Part shown: positions 10,598 through 20,541 of the stretch, piece by piece
How the letters are laid out: each line of letters opens with the position of its first letter
Position numbering within the stretch: the first letter of the stretch is position 1
Source: a bacterium
GTDB taxonomy: Bacteria; JAJVIF01
Reading direction: 5' to 3'
Assembly (NCBI GenBank): GCA_022072165.1
Contig: JAJVIF010000001.1
Span: 1,489,353-1,553,352 of the forward strand
Length of the DNA: 64,000 bases
Made by a program: the position numbers and the translations under genes
Notes under the pieces: generated by a model
The model's input: only the letters and a program-made list of their open reading frames with translations
What the model was told of the DNA's origin: nothing
Databases searched by the model: none

Positions 10598-11086
10598 ATG
10601 ACTTCCAACACCGCCACCACCCATGGCTATCACTCCGTGACACCCCATCTCACCATCGCAGGGGCCACCGACGCGCTCAAGTTTTACGAAGCAGCGTTTG
10701 GGGCACAGATCCTGATGCAGATGCCGGCTCCCGATGGGCGTCTGATGCACGCCTCGATACAGATCGGCGACTCGAAGCTGATGATCGCCGACGATTTCCC
10801 GGAGTACAACGGCGGCAAGTCGGGCGACCCGCGTCAGCTGGGCAACACGACCGTCTCGCTGCATCTGTATGTTGAGGATCCCGATGCCTCGATGGAGCGG
10901 GCGGTGGCCGCCGGGGCGACCGTCATCATGCCCGTCCAGGACATGTTCTGGGGCGACCGCTATGGCATGTGCCAGGACCCCTTCGGCCATCGCTGGTCGA
11001 TCGCCAAGCCCATCCGGAGCCTGACGGGCGACGAGATGATGGCGGCCATGCAGGATGCCTTTTCACGGGCACCTGAAGCGGGATAA
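10598..11086 (+). CDS. VOC-family (glyoxalase/PhnB-like) protein
   Basis: 'VTPHLTIAGATDALKFYEAAFGA...' and 'MFWGDRYGMCQDPFGHRWSI' are typical of PhnB-like VOC proteins. Likely start is the ATG at 10598 inside the track ORF. Confidence 0.7.
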   Translation: MTSNTATTHGYHSVTPHLTIAGATDALKFYEAAFGAQILMQMPAPDGRLMHASIQIGDSKLMIADDFPEYNGGKSGDPRQLGNTTVSLHLYVEDPDASMERAVAAGATVIMPVQDMFWGDRYGMCQDPFGHRWSIAKPIRSLTGDEMMAAMQDAFSRAPEAG

Positions 11087-11097
11087 TCCGGGTCACC

Positions 11098-11406
11098 ATG
11101 AGCGACATCGACACCCTGGCGCTACTGGAACAGCATCCGTCGCTGGAGAAGCGGACCTCCCGCTATGGCCAGTGCGCGGCCTGGTTTCTGGGGGCGCAGG
11201 AAATCGCGCATACCCATAAAAACGGCCGGCTTGATGTCCGGCTGGGGAAGTCGCGGATCCGGGAGCAACTCAACTGGCTGGAGGCGCAGGAGTCCGTGAC
11301 CCTGCGCCCCCGGTCGGAGTGGCTGGAGCTGGATCCAGCGCATCCCCAGGCGCGGAAAGTGTTGCGTCGGCTGCTCTCCTGGATGCTGGACCTGGAGTCG
11401 GATTGA
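11098..11406 (+). CDS. Hypothetical protein
   Basis: 102-aa ORF tightly packed between neighbouring genes. No family recognised. Confidence 0.35.
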   Translation: MSDIDTLALLEQHPSLEKRTSRYGQCAAWFLGAQEIAHTHKNGRLDVRLGKSRIREQLNWLEAQESVTLRPRSEWLELDPAHPQARKVLRRLLSWMLDLESD

Positions 11407-11410
11407 CCCC

Positions 11411-12076
11411 GTGCGCCGGGTCCGGCACACTGCTCCCATGCCGAAGCCCGCCGCTCATAGTTCTGCGACCTCCCGCTGGGGGATTCATCCCCTCGTGGAC
11501 TATTCCCAGTCGCTGCTTGCCAACATGCAGCAGCGGACCGGGCGCACCTTCGAGGAGTGGGTCGCCCTCACGAAGAAGCAAAAGCTCGGGACCGTCAAGG
11601 AGCGCAAAGACTGGCTCAAAGCGACTCATGGCATCGGCTCCAGCACCGGTCAGATGATCGCCGACATGGTGGATGGCAACGGCTGGGACTGGGTGAATCC
11701 TGAGGCGTATCTGCAGACCGCCGATCGCTTCTACGCCGCCATGTTCGCGGGCAAAAAGGCGCATCTGCAGCCCATCGCTGAAGCCCTGATCGAGGCAGTG
11801 CAGCAGCTGGGCAGCGATGTCAAAGTCTGCCCCTGTCAGACCATCATCCCGGTCTATCGGACCCATGTCTTTGCCGAGATCAAGCCCGCCACCCTGAAAC
11901 GGATCGACCTCGGCTTCGCGTTCGGCAATACGCCCCCGTCGCCGAAGCTCATCAACACCGGCGGCTTCGCCAAAAAGAACCGCATCACCTTTCGCTATCC
12001 TCTGGAGTCGGTCGACGACCTCACCAGGGAAGTCCGCGGCTGGCTCAAAGAGGCGTACAGCCGGGATGCGAAGTAG
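11411..12076 (+). CDS. DUF4287/DUF5655-type protein
   Basis: N-terminal region 'RTGRTFEEWVALTKKQKLGTVKERKDWLKATHGIGSSTGQMIA' matches the DUF4287 signature. Confidence 0.55.
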   Translation: MRRVRHTAPMPKPAAHSSATSRWGIHPLVDYSQSLLANMQQRTGRTFEEWVALTKKQKLGTVKERKDWLKATHGIGSSTGQMIADMVDGNGWDWVNPEAYLQTADRFYAAMFAGKKAHLQPIAEALIEAVQQLGSDVKVCPCQTIIPVYRTHVFAEIKPATLKRIDLGFAFGNTPPSPKLINTGGFAKKNRITFRYPLESVDDLTREVRGWLKEAYSRDAK

Positions 12077-12176
12077 CACCACGGACAGCGACGTCGACTG
12101 CCCGGGAACTCCCGGGCGCTGGCAGACGTCATATCTGTACACCGCAGCAGATCAGCGCAGCGTGCCGGAGACCCAC

Positions 12177-13934
12177 ATGGCTGTCAGCCGACGTCAATTG
12201 CTGACTCTTGGAGCGGGGGCGACCGCCCTGGCGACAGCGGGAGCGCTGTCGCACAAGACACCGTCGCTCACCTTCGTCGCCCATGCCGATCCGGCGCTCG
12301 ATGCGCCTCCGCCTGCGATGGACGTCCTGGCCCTGCAGCGGCTCGCGAACGGACCATCTGTGGCGGATCTCGCCTCGGTGCGGCAACTGGGGCTGAAGGG
12401 CTACATCGCGGAGCAGCTGGAGCCCCCGGCGGATGACGGCCCCATCGTGGCAGCAAAGCTGCAAGAGCTGACATATCCCCTCTCGGTGCCAGTGACGACG
12501 AAAGCCGCGAATCCGCCGGAGCGCACCGGACGTCGGCAGCCCCTGGGGAGAAGTGGGAATCAGCGTCAGGGACGTCCTGAGTATGAAACCGTGGCTGATC
12601 CCCTCGAGTGGTGGAACGCCCCCCTGAGCGAGCGCTGGCGACTCCACACGGAGGGAGGGCAGTACGACCGCGCTCTGCAGCGACGGCCGGGGCAGGAAAT
12701 GCGGGTGGTGTCGGTGGTCCGGGGGCTCTACTCTCCCTGGCAACTGCGGGAAGTCCTGGTGGAGTTCTGGCATAACCACTTCAATATCGATCTGGAAGCA
12801 GACCGCCGGATTCCCCTGGTCTTTCCCGACTTCGATGCCACGCTCCGGCAACACGCACTGGGCAATTTCCGGGAGCTGCTGGAAGCGACTGCGGCGTCGC
12901 CGGCGATGCTTTACTACCTGAACAATGCGGCGAGCAAAGCCTCACCGGCCAATGAGAACTACGCCCGGGAGCTTTTTGAACTGCACACCCTGGGGGAAGC
13001 GCATTACCTCAACCGGCAGTATCGACGCTGGGACGAGGTGCCAGGGGCACTCGCAGGGAAGCCCGTGGGGTATGTCGATGAGGATGTGTACGAGGCGGCC
13101 CGGGCCTTCACCGGCTGGACCGTCGCCGATGGCGGCGGCCTGAATCGTCAGGCACGGCAGGGAGCCGAGATGCCGAACACCGGCCGCTTTTACTATCACG
13201 CCGCCTGGCATGACCCGTATCAGAAGCGAGTGCTCGGGGTCGCGCTGGACCCCAATCAGCCGCCCCTGGCGGATGGACGGCAGGTCCTGGACCTCCTGGC
13301 GGTGCATCCCGCGACCGCGCGCTTCGTGTGTACGAAGCTGGTCCGACGGCTGGTGGCGGATGATCCACCCGGCGAGGTTGTGGAAGCCGCGGTCAGCACC
13401 TGGGAGAGCGCGCTCCGGTCGCCGCATCAGTTGCGGGACGTGGTACGGACCATCGTGTCCCATCCGCGCTTTCTGCAGGGCTGGGGGGCAAAGGTCAAAA
13501 CTCCCCGGGAATTCACGCTGGCGTATCTGCGGGGGATTGGGGCCGAGTTCGCTCCCAGTCCGGGGCTCTTCCGACAATGGGAGCAGCTGGGCTATCGGCA
13601 ATTCAGTTTCCCGGCACCGACCGGCCATCCGGATGTCGCGGGGTACTGGCTCAGCACCAACGGGATGCTGGGCCGGTGGAATCTCCTGCTCGCGACCCTG
13701 CAGCCACGATTCGGGATTGCCGCCGATGCCATCGCAGCGCTGACTCCTGCTGACGCACGGACCCCACAGGCGCAGGTTCGCTTCTGGAGCCGCCAGCTGC
13801 TGGGGACCGAGCTGTCTCCCCCAGGTCAGCAGGTCCTGTTACAGGCGTTGTCTCAGGGAGCGCGGGGCAACACCGATCCGCAGCGGCTGCTGACACTCCT
13901 CATTGCCATGACTCCGGCTTTCCAGCGCCGCTAG
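12177..13934 (+). CDS. DUF1800-family protein with Tat signal
   Basis: Tat motif 'SRRQLLTLGAGATALATAGA' at the chosen ATG. Long conserved DUF1800-like body. Immediately followed by its usual DUF1501 partner. Confidence 0.65.
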   Translation: MAVSRRQLLTLGAGATALATAGALSHKTPSLTFVAHADPALDAPPPAMDVLALQRLANGPSVADLASVRQLGLKGYIAEQLEPPADDGPIVAAKLQELTYPLSVPVTTKAANPPERTGRRQPLGRSGNQRQGRPEYETVADPLEWWNAPLSERWRLHTEGGQYDRALQRRPGQEMRVVSVVRGLYSPWQLREVLVEFWHNHFNIDLEADRRIPLVFPDFDATLRQHALGNFRELLEATAASPAMLYYLNNAASKASPANENYARELFELHTLGEAHYLNRQYRRWDEVPGALAGKPVGYVDEDVYEAARAFTGWTVADGGGLNRQARQGAEMPNTGRFYYHAAWHDPYQKRVLGVALDPNQPPLADGRQVLDLLAVHPATARFVCTKLVRRLVADDPPGEVVEAAVSTWESALRSPHQLRDVVRTIVSHPRFLQGWGAKVKTPREFTLAYLRGIGAEFAPSPGLFRQWEQLGYRQFSFPAPTGHPDVAGYWLSTNGMLGRWNLLLATLQPRFGIAADAIAALTPADARTPQAQVRFWSRQLLGTELSPPGQQVLLQALSQGARGNTDPQRLLTLLIAMTPAFQRR

Positions 13935-13951
13935 TAAAGGAACCAGCAACG

Positions 13952-15184
13952 ATGACACTCCCCCTGAATCGTCGACAGTTCCTGAGCGGCACCGCAGGGC
14001 TGGCAGCAGGCCTGCTGACACAACAGGCAAGCACACCAGCCTGGAGCGCGCCAGCCACTGACTCCTGTCTGGTGCTCTGTTTCCTGCGGGGTGGCATGGA
14101 TGGGCTGCATTTGCTGGCACCGGCAGATGATGCGGATTACATCGCGGCTCGTCCGGCCACGCTCCGGGTCACTGCGCGTGGCGAGGAGGCGGGGGTGTCG
14201 CTGGCCCACGGACTGACCTCACAGGACTGGCGGCTGCATCCGGCAGCGGCTCCACTGAAAGAACTCTATGACAGCGGAGACCTGGCGTTTGTCCACGCGA
14301 GCGGACTGCGCAACGGCTCCCGCAGTCACTTTGAAGCCCAGGACCTCATGGAGCAGGGAGCGGCGGAGGGTCGGGACGGCAAGCAAAAGGTCGGCTGGCT
14401 GACGCGGTATGTCCAGCAGGCGGAGTTGACTACGGAATTGCCGGTGGTCTGTCTGGGGAGTGCGCCGCCGAAGTCGCTCCTTGGCTATGCCGATGCAGTT
14501 GCCATGCAATCGGTCGAGACATTTGGGCTGACGGGAAATCGCCAATTGCTCAACCGGATGCCCGATCTGCTCGCCGATCTCTACGCCGGCTCGGACCCGG
14601 TCGCGCGCGCCGGGGCGCAGACACTCACGTCCGTGGCGTCGGTGCAGTCCCGGATTTCACCTGCCCCAACGCCGGGGAATCAGAACCGCGGCCAGCTGAC
14701 TCTGGGCGATCGGCTCGCTTCGGTGCAGCGTCTGCGGGACGAAGGCTTCGGGGTCCGGGTAGCCACTGTCGATGTCGGGGGGTGGGACACTCATTTCAAT
14801 CAGGCGACGCGCTTGTCCGGGCTCTTCGAGGGGATGAGTCAGGCGTTGCACAGCTGGTGGACCGGTCTCAGTGCCGCAACGAGGCAGGCCACAACTCTTG
14901 TGGTGCTCAGTGAGTTTGGCCGACGAGTGAAGGCGAACCAGTCGGCGGGGACCGATCATGGTCATGCCAATGTGATGCTGGTGCTCGGTGGCGGGATCCG
15001 GGGTGGACGGATGTTCGGGAGTTGGCCCGGGCTGGCGGTGGAGCAGCTGGATAACCAGGTCGACCTCGCCATCACCACGGATTACCGGGAAGTGTTGGGC
15101 GAAGTCCTGACTGGGCGTCTGGGATGTCGGGACCTGCCGCAGGTGTTCCCGGGCGTCGGAGGGGAGCGTCTCGGGCTGATTTAG
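13952..15184 (+). CDS. DUF1501-family (sulfatase-like fold) protein with Tat signal
   Basis: 'NRRQFLSGTAGLAAGLL' Tat signal. 'VVLSEFGRRVKANQSAGTDHGHANVMLVLGGGIRGG' is typical of DUF1501. Confidence 0.7.
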   Translation: MTLPLNRRQFLSGTAGLAAGLLTQQASTPAWSAPATDSCLVLCFLRGGMDGLHLLAPADDADYIAARPATLRVTARGEEAGVSLAHGLTSQDWRLHPAAAPLKELYDSGDLAFVHASGLRNGSRSHFEAQDLMEQGAAEGRDGKQKVGWLTRYVQQAELTTELPVVCLGSAPPKSLLGYADAVAMQSVETFGLTGNRQLLNRMPDLLADLYAGSDPVARAGAQTLTSVASVQSRISPAPTPGNQNRGQLTLGDRLASVQRLRDEGFGVRVATVDVGGWDTHFNQATRLSGLFEGMSQALHSWWTGLSAATRQATTLVVLSEFGRRVKANQSAGTDHGHANVMLVLGGGIRGGRMFGSWPGLAVEQLDNQVDLAITTDYREVLGEVLTGRLGCRDLPQVFPGVGGERLGLI

Positions 15185-15301
15185 CTCTGGGAGCGGGTCG
15201 CTTGCTCCTGTGATTGCAACCCTCCATACTCCTGCCACGTCATAGACACGCGGGTCCTTTATGGGCCCCAGATCCGACGTCGGAAAGGGCACAGTCACGC
15301 C

Positions 15302-16411
15302 ATGTCCATCTTTGCCAAGCTGCGCGGCGAGCTCATCGACATCATCGAGTGGCTCGACTCCTCCAACGACACCCTGGTCTGGCGCTTTGAGCGCTACAAC
15401 AATGAGATCAAGCATGGCGCGAAGCTGGTGGTCCGGGAGGGCCAGGCGGCGGTCTTTATCGAGCAGGGACAACTGGCGGATGTCTTCCCGCCCGGGACCT
15501 ACACCCTGAAAACAGAGAACCTCCCGGTGCTCTCGACCCTCCAGGGCTGGGCGCACGGCTTCAACAGCCCGTTTAAAGCCGAGGTCTACTTTGTCTCGAC
15601 CAGGGTCTTCACCGACCTGAAGTGGGGTACGAAGAATCCCATCATGCTTCGGGACCCGGAGTTTGGGCCGATTCGTCTGCGGGCCTTCGGCTCCTTCACC
15701 ATGCGGGTCAGCGACCCGGCCACTTTTATCCGCAATGTCTCGGGGACCGATGAGCACTTCACGGTGGATGAGCTCTCTGTCCAGCTGCGGAATTACATCG
15801 TCAGCCGCTTCGCCGATGTGCTGGGCGAGAGCCGCATCCCGGCGCTCGACCTGGCGGCGAATTACGAGGAAACCGCGAAGTTCATCACCGAGCGGATCGC
15901 CCCTTCCTTTGAGCAGTACGGGGTCGAGATGAAGACCCTGCTGATCGAGAACATCTCCCTGCCGCCGGAAGTGGAAGCAGTCCTCGACAAACGGAGCAGC
16001 ATGGGGATACTCGGCAATCTGCAGCAGTACACCCAGTTCCAGGTGGCGGAATCCATTCCCCATGCGGCCCAGAATCCTGGCGGACTGGCCGGGGCGGGGG
16101 TCGGTATGGGAGCCGGCATGATGATGGGCCAACAGATGGCGGGAGCCATGAGCGCCCCGGCTCCGGCCGCGCCACCACCACTCCCTGGCGCAGAGCCGGC
16201 ACTCGCGGTCTGGCATCTGTCCATCGGAGGGGCACAGCAGGCCGGTCCGTTCCCCCTGGCGCTGGTGGAAAGCAAGATTCGTGCTGGGGAAGTCACTCGA
16301 GACACCCTGGTCTGGAAGGCCGGACTGGCTGGCTGGCTGCCGGCCGGGGAGGTCCCGGACCTGGCTCCGGCCTTCGGCGCGATCCCGCCCCCCCTCCCGC
16401 CGCAGAGCTAG
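15302..16411 (+). CDS. SPFH/band-7 domain protein (YdjI-like) with C-terminal GYF-like DUF4339 region
   Basis: N-terminal SPFH-like region 'GAKLVVREGQAAVFIEQGQLADVFPPGTYTLKTENLP...'. Gly/Met-rich linker. C-terminal 'WHLSIGGAQQAGPFPLALVESKIRAGEVTRDTLVWKAGLAGWLPAGEV'. Confidence 0.6.
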   Translation: MSIFAKLRGELIDIIEWLDSSNDTLVWRFERYNNEIKHGAKLVVREGQAAVFIEQGQLADVFPPGTYTLKTENLPVLSTLQGWAHGFNSPFKAEVYFVSTRVFTDLKWGTKNPIMLRDPEFGPIRLRAFGSFTMRVSDPATFIRNVSGTDEHFTVDELSVQLRNYIVSRFADVLGESRIPALDLAANYEETAKFITERIAPSFEQYGVEMKTLLIENISLPPEVEAVLDKRSSMGILGNLQQYTQFQVAESIPHAAQNPGGLAGAGVGMGAGMMMGQQMAGAMSAPAPAAPPPLPGAEPALAVWHLSIGGAQQAGPFPLALVESKIRAGEVTRDTLVWKAGLAGWLPAGEVPDLAPAFGAIPPPLPPQS

Positions 16412-16423
16412 CTCCATCCTGCT

Positions 16424-17566
16424 GTGACACAAACCGAGTTTCCCTGTGAGAACTGCGGCGCACTGGTCGCCTGGGACCCCACGGCCCAGGCGATTACCTG
16501 CGGCTATTGCGGGACAGCCAATGCGGTCCCGCAGGCAGAAGGCGACATCCGGGAACTTGATTTTCACGAGTGGTTACAGGCCCATCAGGCTGAAGTCGCG
16601 ACGGTCGAGGAGACCGTCTACAAATGCTCCAGCTGCGGTGCAGAATCGGCGGTCAGCGCCCATACAACAGCCGCGCTCTGTGCCTTTTGCGGGACGCCCA
16701 TCGTCACGCAGGGACATTCACAACGGCACATCCGGCCTTCATCGCTGCTGCCGTTCGCCATCACCCGGGAGCAAGCGCTGGAGCGGTTCCGGCACTGGAT
16801 CGGACGACAATGGTTTGCCCCGAACGATCTGAAGACGTACGCCCGTCCTGAAAAGAATCGACTCCAGGGGGTCTATCTTCCTCACTGGACCTTCGACTGC
16901 CGGACCACCACCTGGTACACCGGCCAGCGGGGCGAGGCGTACTACGTCACCGTCACCTCCCGGAACTCCGATGGCTCCACCAGCAGCCGGCAGGAGCGCC
17001 GGATCCGGTGGTATCCCGCCAGCGGCATCGTCTGGAATCTCTTCGACGATGTCATGGTGCCAGCGAGCCGGTCGCTCCCGGGTCCAATGGTGGAGCGGCT
17101 GGAGCCCTGGGACCTGGAAGCCCTCACGCCGTATCAGGATGGCTATCTTGCGGGGTTTGTCGCGGAGAGCTATCAGGTGGGACTGGAGGAAGGCTTTGGG
17201 CGCGCGAAGGAGCGGATGGAGCCGCAGATCGATGCCACGATCCGGGCGGACATCGGCGGCGATGAGCAGCGGATTCATACAAAGCGGATTCAGTACGACG
17301 GCATCACCTTCAAGCACATCCTCCTCCCCCTCTGGATCTGCTCCTACCGGTATCGCGACCGCATTTTTCGTTTCGTGGTGAATGCCCGGACCGGCGAGGT
17401 CTTCGGTGAGCGGCCGTATAGCTGGATCAAAATCACCCTCGCGGTACTGGCCGTGCTGATTCTGCTCTACGTCTGGATCGTCTACGGCGAAGGGGACCAG
17501 GTGCTGGCGGAAGTCGGGGGCACACTCCTGTTCGACTTCCTCCTCTCAGGTGGAAGCATCGAGTAG
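16424..17566 (+). CDS. Zinc-ribbon membrane protein (YdjG-like), partner of the SPFH protein
   Basis: Two CxxC…CxxC ribbons: 'CENCG…CGYCG' and 'CSSCG…CAFCG'. C-terminal TM 'ITLAVLAVLILLYVWIVY'. Intergenic gap to the SPFH gene is 12 nt. Confidence 0.55.
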   Translation: MTQTEFPCENCGALVAWDPTAQAITCGYCGTANAVPQAEGDIRELDFHEWLQAHQAEVATVEETVYKCSSCGAESAVSAHTTAALCAFCGTPIVTQGHSQRHIRPSSLLPFAITREQALERFRHWIGRQWFAPNDLKTYARPEKNRLQGVYLPHWTFDCRTTTWYTGQRGEAYYVTVTSRNSDGSTSSRQERRIRWYPASGIVWNLFDDVMVPASRSLPGPMVERLEPWDLEALTPYQDGYLAGFVAESYQVGLEEGFGRAKERMEPQIDATIRADIGGDEQRIHTKRIQYDGITFKHILLPLWICSYRYRDRIFRFVVNARTGEVFGERPYSWIKITLAVLAVLILLYVWIVYGEGDQVLAEVGGTLLFDFLLSGGSIE

Positions 17567-17628
17567 CGGTCGGCTGTGTCACAATCCGGCCTCGACTCCC
17601 CAGTCCGTCGCGTCCCGAGGTTGCTCCT

Positions 17629-20508
17629 ATGCGTCCCCTGCTCCCAGTCGCGCTCAGCCTGTCTCTGCTCTCACCCGGCCTGACCGCCGAACACCCGGCC
17701 TCGCTGCTCTGGTCGCAGCTGTCACTGAATGCTTGTCAGGTCGACACCTTTGCTCAGGCGCATCCGACCTGGGATGGTAGGGGGGTGGTCATCGCCGTGC
17801 TGGATACCGGGGTCGAAGTGGAAGCCCCCGGGCTGCAGCGACTCCCCGATGGCTCCCGCAAAGTCCTCGATGTCCGGGATTTCACCGGCGATGGGGACCT
17901 CTACTACAGCCGGGTCGAGCCGGGGCCTGATGCGGGCACCGTGATTTTTCGCGACACGGAGCAGCGTCCTGTTGTCTGTCGACTGCCCAAGGATCGCCAG
18001 CCGGTGAACGGCGAGTGGTATGGCCTCTGGCTCGATGAATCCCATTTCAGGGAGATGGGGGTCGAGGATGTCAATGACAACGGTCGCACCGATGACCGGG
18101 TCCCGGTTTTGCTCGCCCCATTCCAGGAGCCCGGCAGTGGTGCGCCGGTCTGGCGGGTTGCGTTCGATCAGAACGACGACCGCGACTTTGGCAACGAGCG
18201 CTGGATGACTGATTTCTGGCGCGCTGGCGATCTTGTGCAACTGACACGGAAAGCGCCTGAAGCACAGCTCCCGATGCTCAGTCTGGCACTCAATGTCTAT
18301 CCTGCGGAGCATCGGCTATCGCTGCACTATGACAACGGCGGTCACGGGACCCATGTCGCCGGGATAGCCGCCGGTCACAAGCTGTTGGACCAACCGGACT
18401 TCGATGGGGTCGCGCCTGGGGCCTGGGTGATCAGCCTCAAGATTGGCAGCAACAGCAAAGCCGGGGGCTCCACGACGCCAGGGAGCAAAATCGAAGCGTT
18501 CCGGTATGCGGCGCGCTATGCCCGGGAGCATGGGGTCCCGGTGGTCTGCAATCTGAGCTACGGCATCAGCTCGCTGGTGTCGGGGCAGTCCGACATCGAC
18601 CACGCGCTGCAGCAGGTGCTCGTCGAGAATCCGGACCTCATCGTGGTGAGCAGTGCGGGGAACTCCGGTCCGACCCTCAACACCGTCGGCACGCCCGCCG
18701 CTGCACCGGATGCCATCGCTGCCGCGGCGCTCCTGCCGGCGGAAACGGCGAGGGATACCCGGGGGATGCCGTTGCCGGGCCATGCGGTCGCGCTCTTCTC
18801 CAGCCGGGGTGCAGAATTGCTGAAGCCCGATGTCATTACTCCCGGCTACGCCACCTCGTCGGTCACCCTCTTTAATCGTGGCGGCGATGTCTATCAGGGG
18901 ACCAGCATGGCCAGTCCCTACGCCGCCGGACTCTGTGCACGCCTCCTCAGCGGAGCCGTCCAGCAGTTTCCCGGACGTCCGGTCTATCGGATGTCTTTGC
19001 GTCGCGCTCTGGCGGACAGCGGCGCTGCCGTACCCGGGACAACCGTCCTCGACATCGGCGCGGGACTGCCGCAACTCCCCCGCGCCTGGGAAGCGCTGAC
19101 ACAGGCGATCCCGCAGCAGCGTGCGGAAGACCCGGTGACGTTCAACATCACGACCCCCTCGCCGATGGGTCGCGGCGCCATGCCCGTAGCGCTCTTCCGG
19201 GGGCTGGAAGTCCCCCGGGATCCGCAGGTCTGGACCGTACAGGCGGTCTTCCCGCCCCTGACCGACATGGCACTCATCGACCAGTTCCAGCAGCGTTTTG
19301 TTGTCAGCACCGATGTGCCCTGGCTCGACCCAGTGGAGGAGACGGTGTATTTGCGCGGGACGCAATCAGCGCAGGTGACGGTCCGCTACGACGCCACCCA
19401 GCTGCGGTCCACAGGACTGCACATCGGCCATGTCCTGCTGAAGGCGGCAGATCGACCGGGGTCGGCGCTGCATCAACTGGAATTGCGCAGCGTCGTGATC
19501 GTGCCGGAGCGCTTCGATGCCAGCCGGGGGCAGACCTGGACCGCCGGCGGCACGACCCCACTCGCCTGGGGAATGGATCGTCGGTTTCTCTATGTGCCGC
19601 CTTACGCGAGCGCGGTCCGGTTCCGCCTGGAGCGGAATCCCGCACTCCGAAAGGGTGTCCGGGTCAGGGCGCTGGGGCCGGTGCTCGGCGATGGCCGGTG
19701 GACTGGGCTGGATCTGGCGAAGGACGACCCCCGGGATCGGGTGGAATGGACCTGGTCCGATGTCGTGGGTGGCGTGGTGGAAGTGCCGGTCTACTGCCCG
19801 GAGGGTGATGCCCAGGTCCCCTGGTCATTGCAGGCGGAGCTCATCGCTATCGCGTCGGTTCCCGCCGAACTCTCGCGCAGTGGTGGTGACTCGCCCCGCC
19901 TGGAGTTTGCGCTGATCAATCAGCTGGAGCAGTCGCTGCAGGTGCAGGGGAGCGGCATCATCGATGCCTCCCGTACGACCACCCAAACGACGCTGGGGAA
20001 AGACCCACGCTCGCAGGGCTACACCCGACGCATCACCATTCCGGCAGGATCGCCAGGGCTGCGAGTGGGGGTCACCATGCCGATCGATGGCTACCTGGCT
20101 TTCACCGACTTCGCCATCGGGCTGTACGACACCCGGGGCAAGGCGCTCTACAAAGGCGGCCTCGATGGGCCGACCAGCAGCTTCACCTGGACGCGCAGCA
20201 GCACCAGCAGTGAGCAGACCGTAGAGCTCCGCCTGGAGCCCGCCTTTACGGAGTACTGGGTGCCCCGTGAAGTGCCGGTCTCCCTGGACTTCGACACGCT
20301 GCTCGCGGAGCCGGTCTCCGCCCGGGTAGAAGTGCGGGGGGATGGCCGGGGCACGATTCCCCTCCCCGCCGGTCTGCCGGTGGATGTGGTGGCATCGTTT
20401 GGCCGTCTTCCAGGAGGTAAGACCAGGTATGTGGGGCGGATTACGCTCACGGATGCCCGTCGGAGTGATGTCCTGCGGACCATTCCGGTCACCATCGGCG
20501 GGGAGTAA
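17629..20508 (+). CDS. Secreted subtilisin-like serine protease (peptidase S8) with large C-terminal extension
   Basis: Signal peptide. Catalytic triad contexts 'VIAVLDTGV' (Asp), 'HGTHVAGIAAG' (His), 'GTSMASPYAAG' (Ser). 959 aa. Confidence 0.85.
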   Translation: MRPLLPVALSLSLLSPGLTAEHPASLLWSQLSLNACQVDTFAQAHPTWDGRGVVIAVLDTGVEVEAPGLQRLPDGSRKVLDVRDFTGDGDLYYSRVEPGPDAGTVIFRDTEQRPVVCRLPKDRQPVNGEWYGLWLDESHFREMGVEDVNDNGRTDDRVPVLLAPFQEPGSGAPVWRVAFDQNDDRDFGNERWMTDFWRAGDLVQLTRKAPEAQLPMLSLALNVYPAEHRLSLHYDNGGHGTHVAGIAAGHKLLDQPDFDGVAPGAWVISLKIGSNSKAGGSTTPGSKIEAFRYAARYAREHGVPVVCNLSYGISSLVSGQSDIDHALQQVLVENPDLIVVSSAGNSGPTLNTVGTPAAAPDAIAAAALLPAETARDTRGMPLPGHAVALFSSRGAELLKPDVITPGYATSSVTLFNRGGDVYQGTSMASPYAAGLCARLLSGAVQQFPGRPVYRMSLRRALADSGAAVPGTTVLDIGAGLPQLPRAWEALTQAIPQQRAEDPVTFNITTPSPMGRGAMPVALFRGLEVPRDPQVWTVQAVFPPLTDMALIDQFQQRFVVSTDVPWLDPVEETVYLRGTQSAQVTVRYDATQLRSTGLHIGHVLLKAADRPGSALHQLELRSVVIVPERFDASRGQTWTAGGTTPLAWGMDRRFLYVPPYASAVRFRLERNPALRKGVRVRALGPVLGDGRWTGLDLAKDDPRDRVEWTWSDVVGGVVEVPVYCPEGDAQVPWSLQAELIAIASVPAELSRSGGDSPRLEFALINQLEQSLQVQGSGIIDASRTTTQTTLGKDPRSQGYTRRITIPAGSPGLRVGVTMPIDGYLAFTDFAIGLYDTRGKALYKGGLDGPTSSFTWTRSSTSSEQTVELRLEPAFTEYWVPREVPVSLDFDTLLAEPVSARVEVRGDGRGTIPLPAGLPVDVVASFGRLPGGKTRYVGRITLTDARRSDVLRTIPVTIGGE

Positions 20509-20541
20509 CCCGCATTAAGCAGTTGTGCCACAATCCCCGCC

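Noticed and set aside
14657-16567. 636-aa minus-strand ORF
   Set aside because: It is antisense to the DUF1501 and SPFH genes, which have clear family signatures. Its composition is Arg/Gly/Pro-rich.
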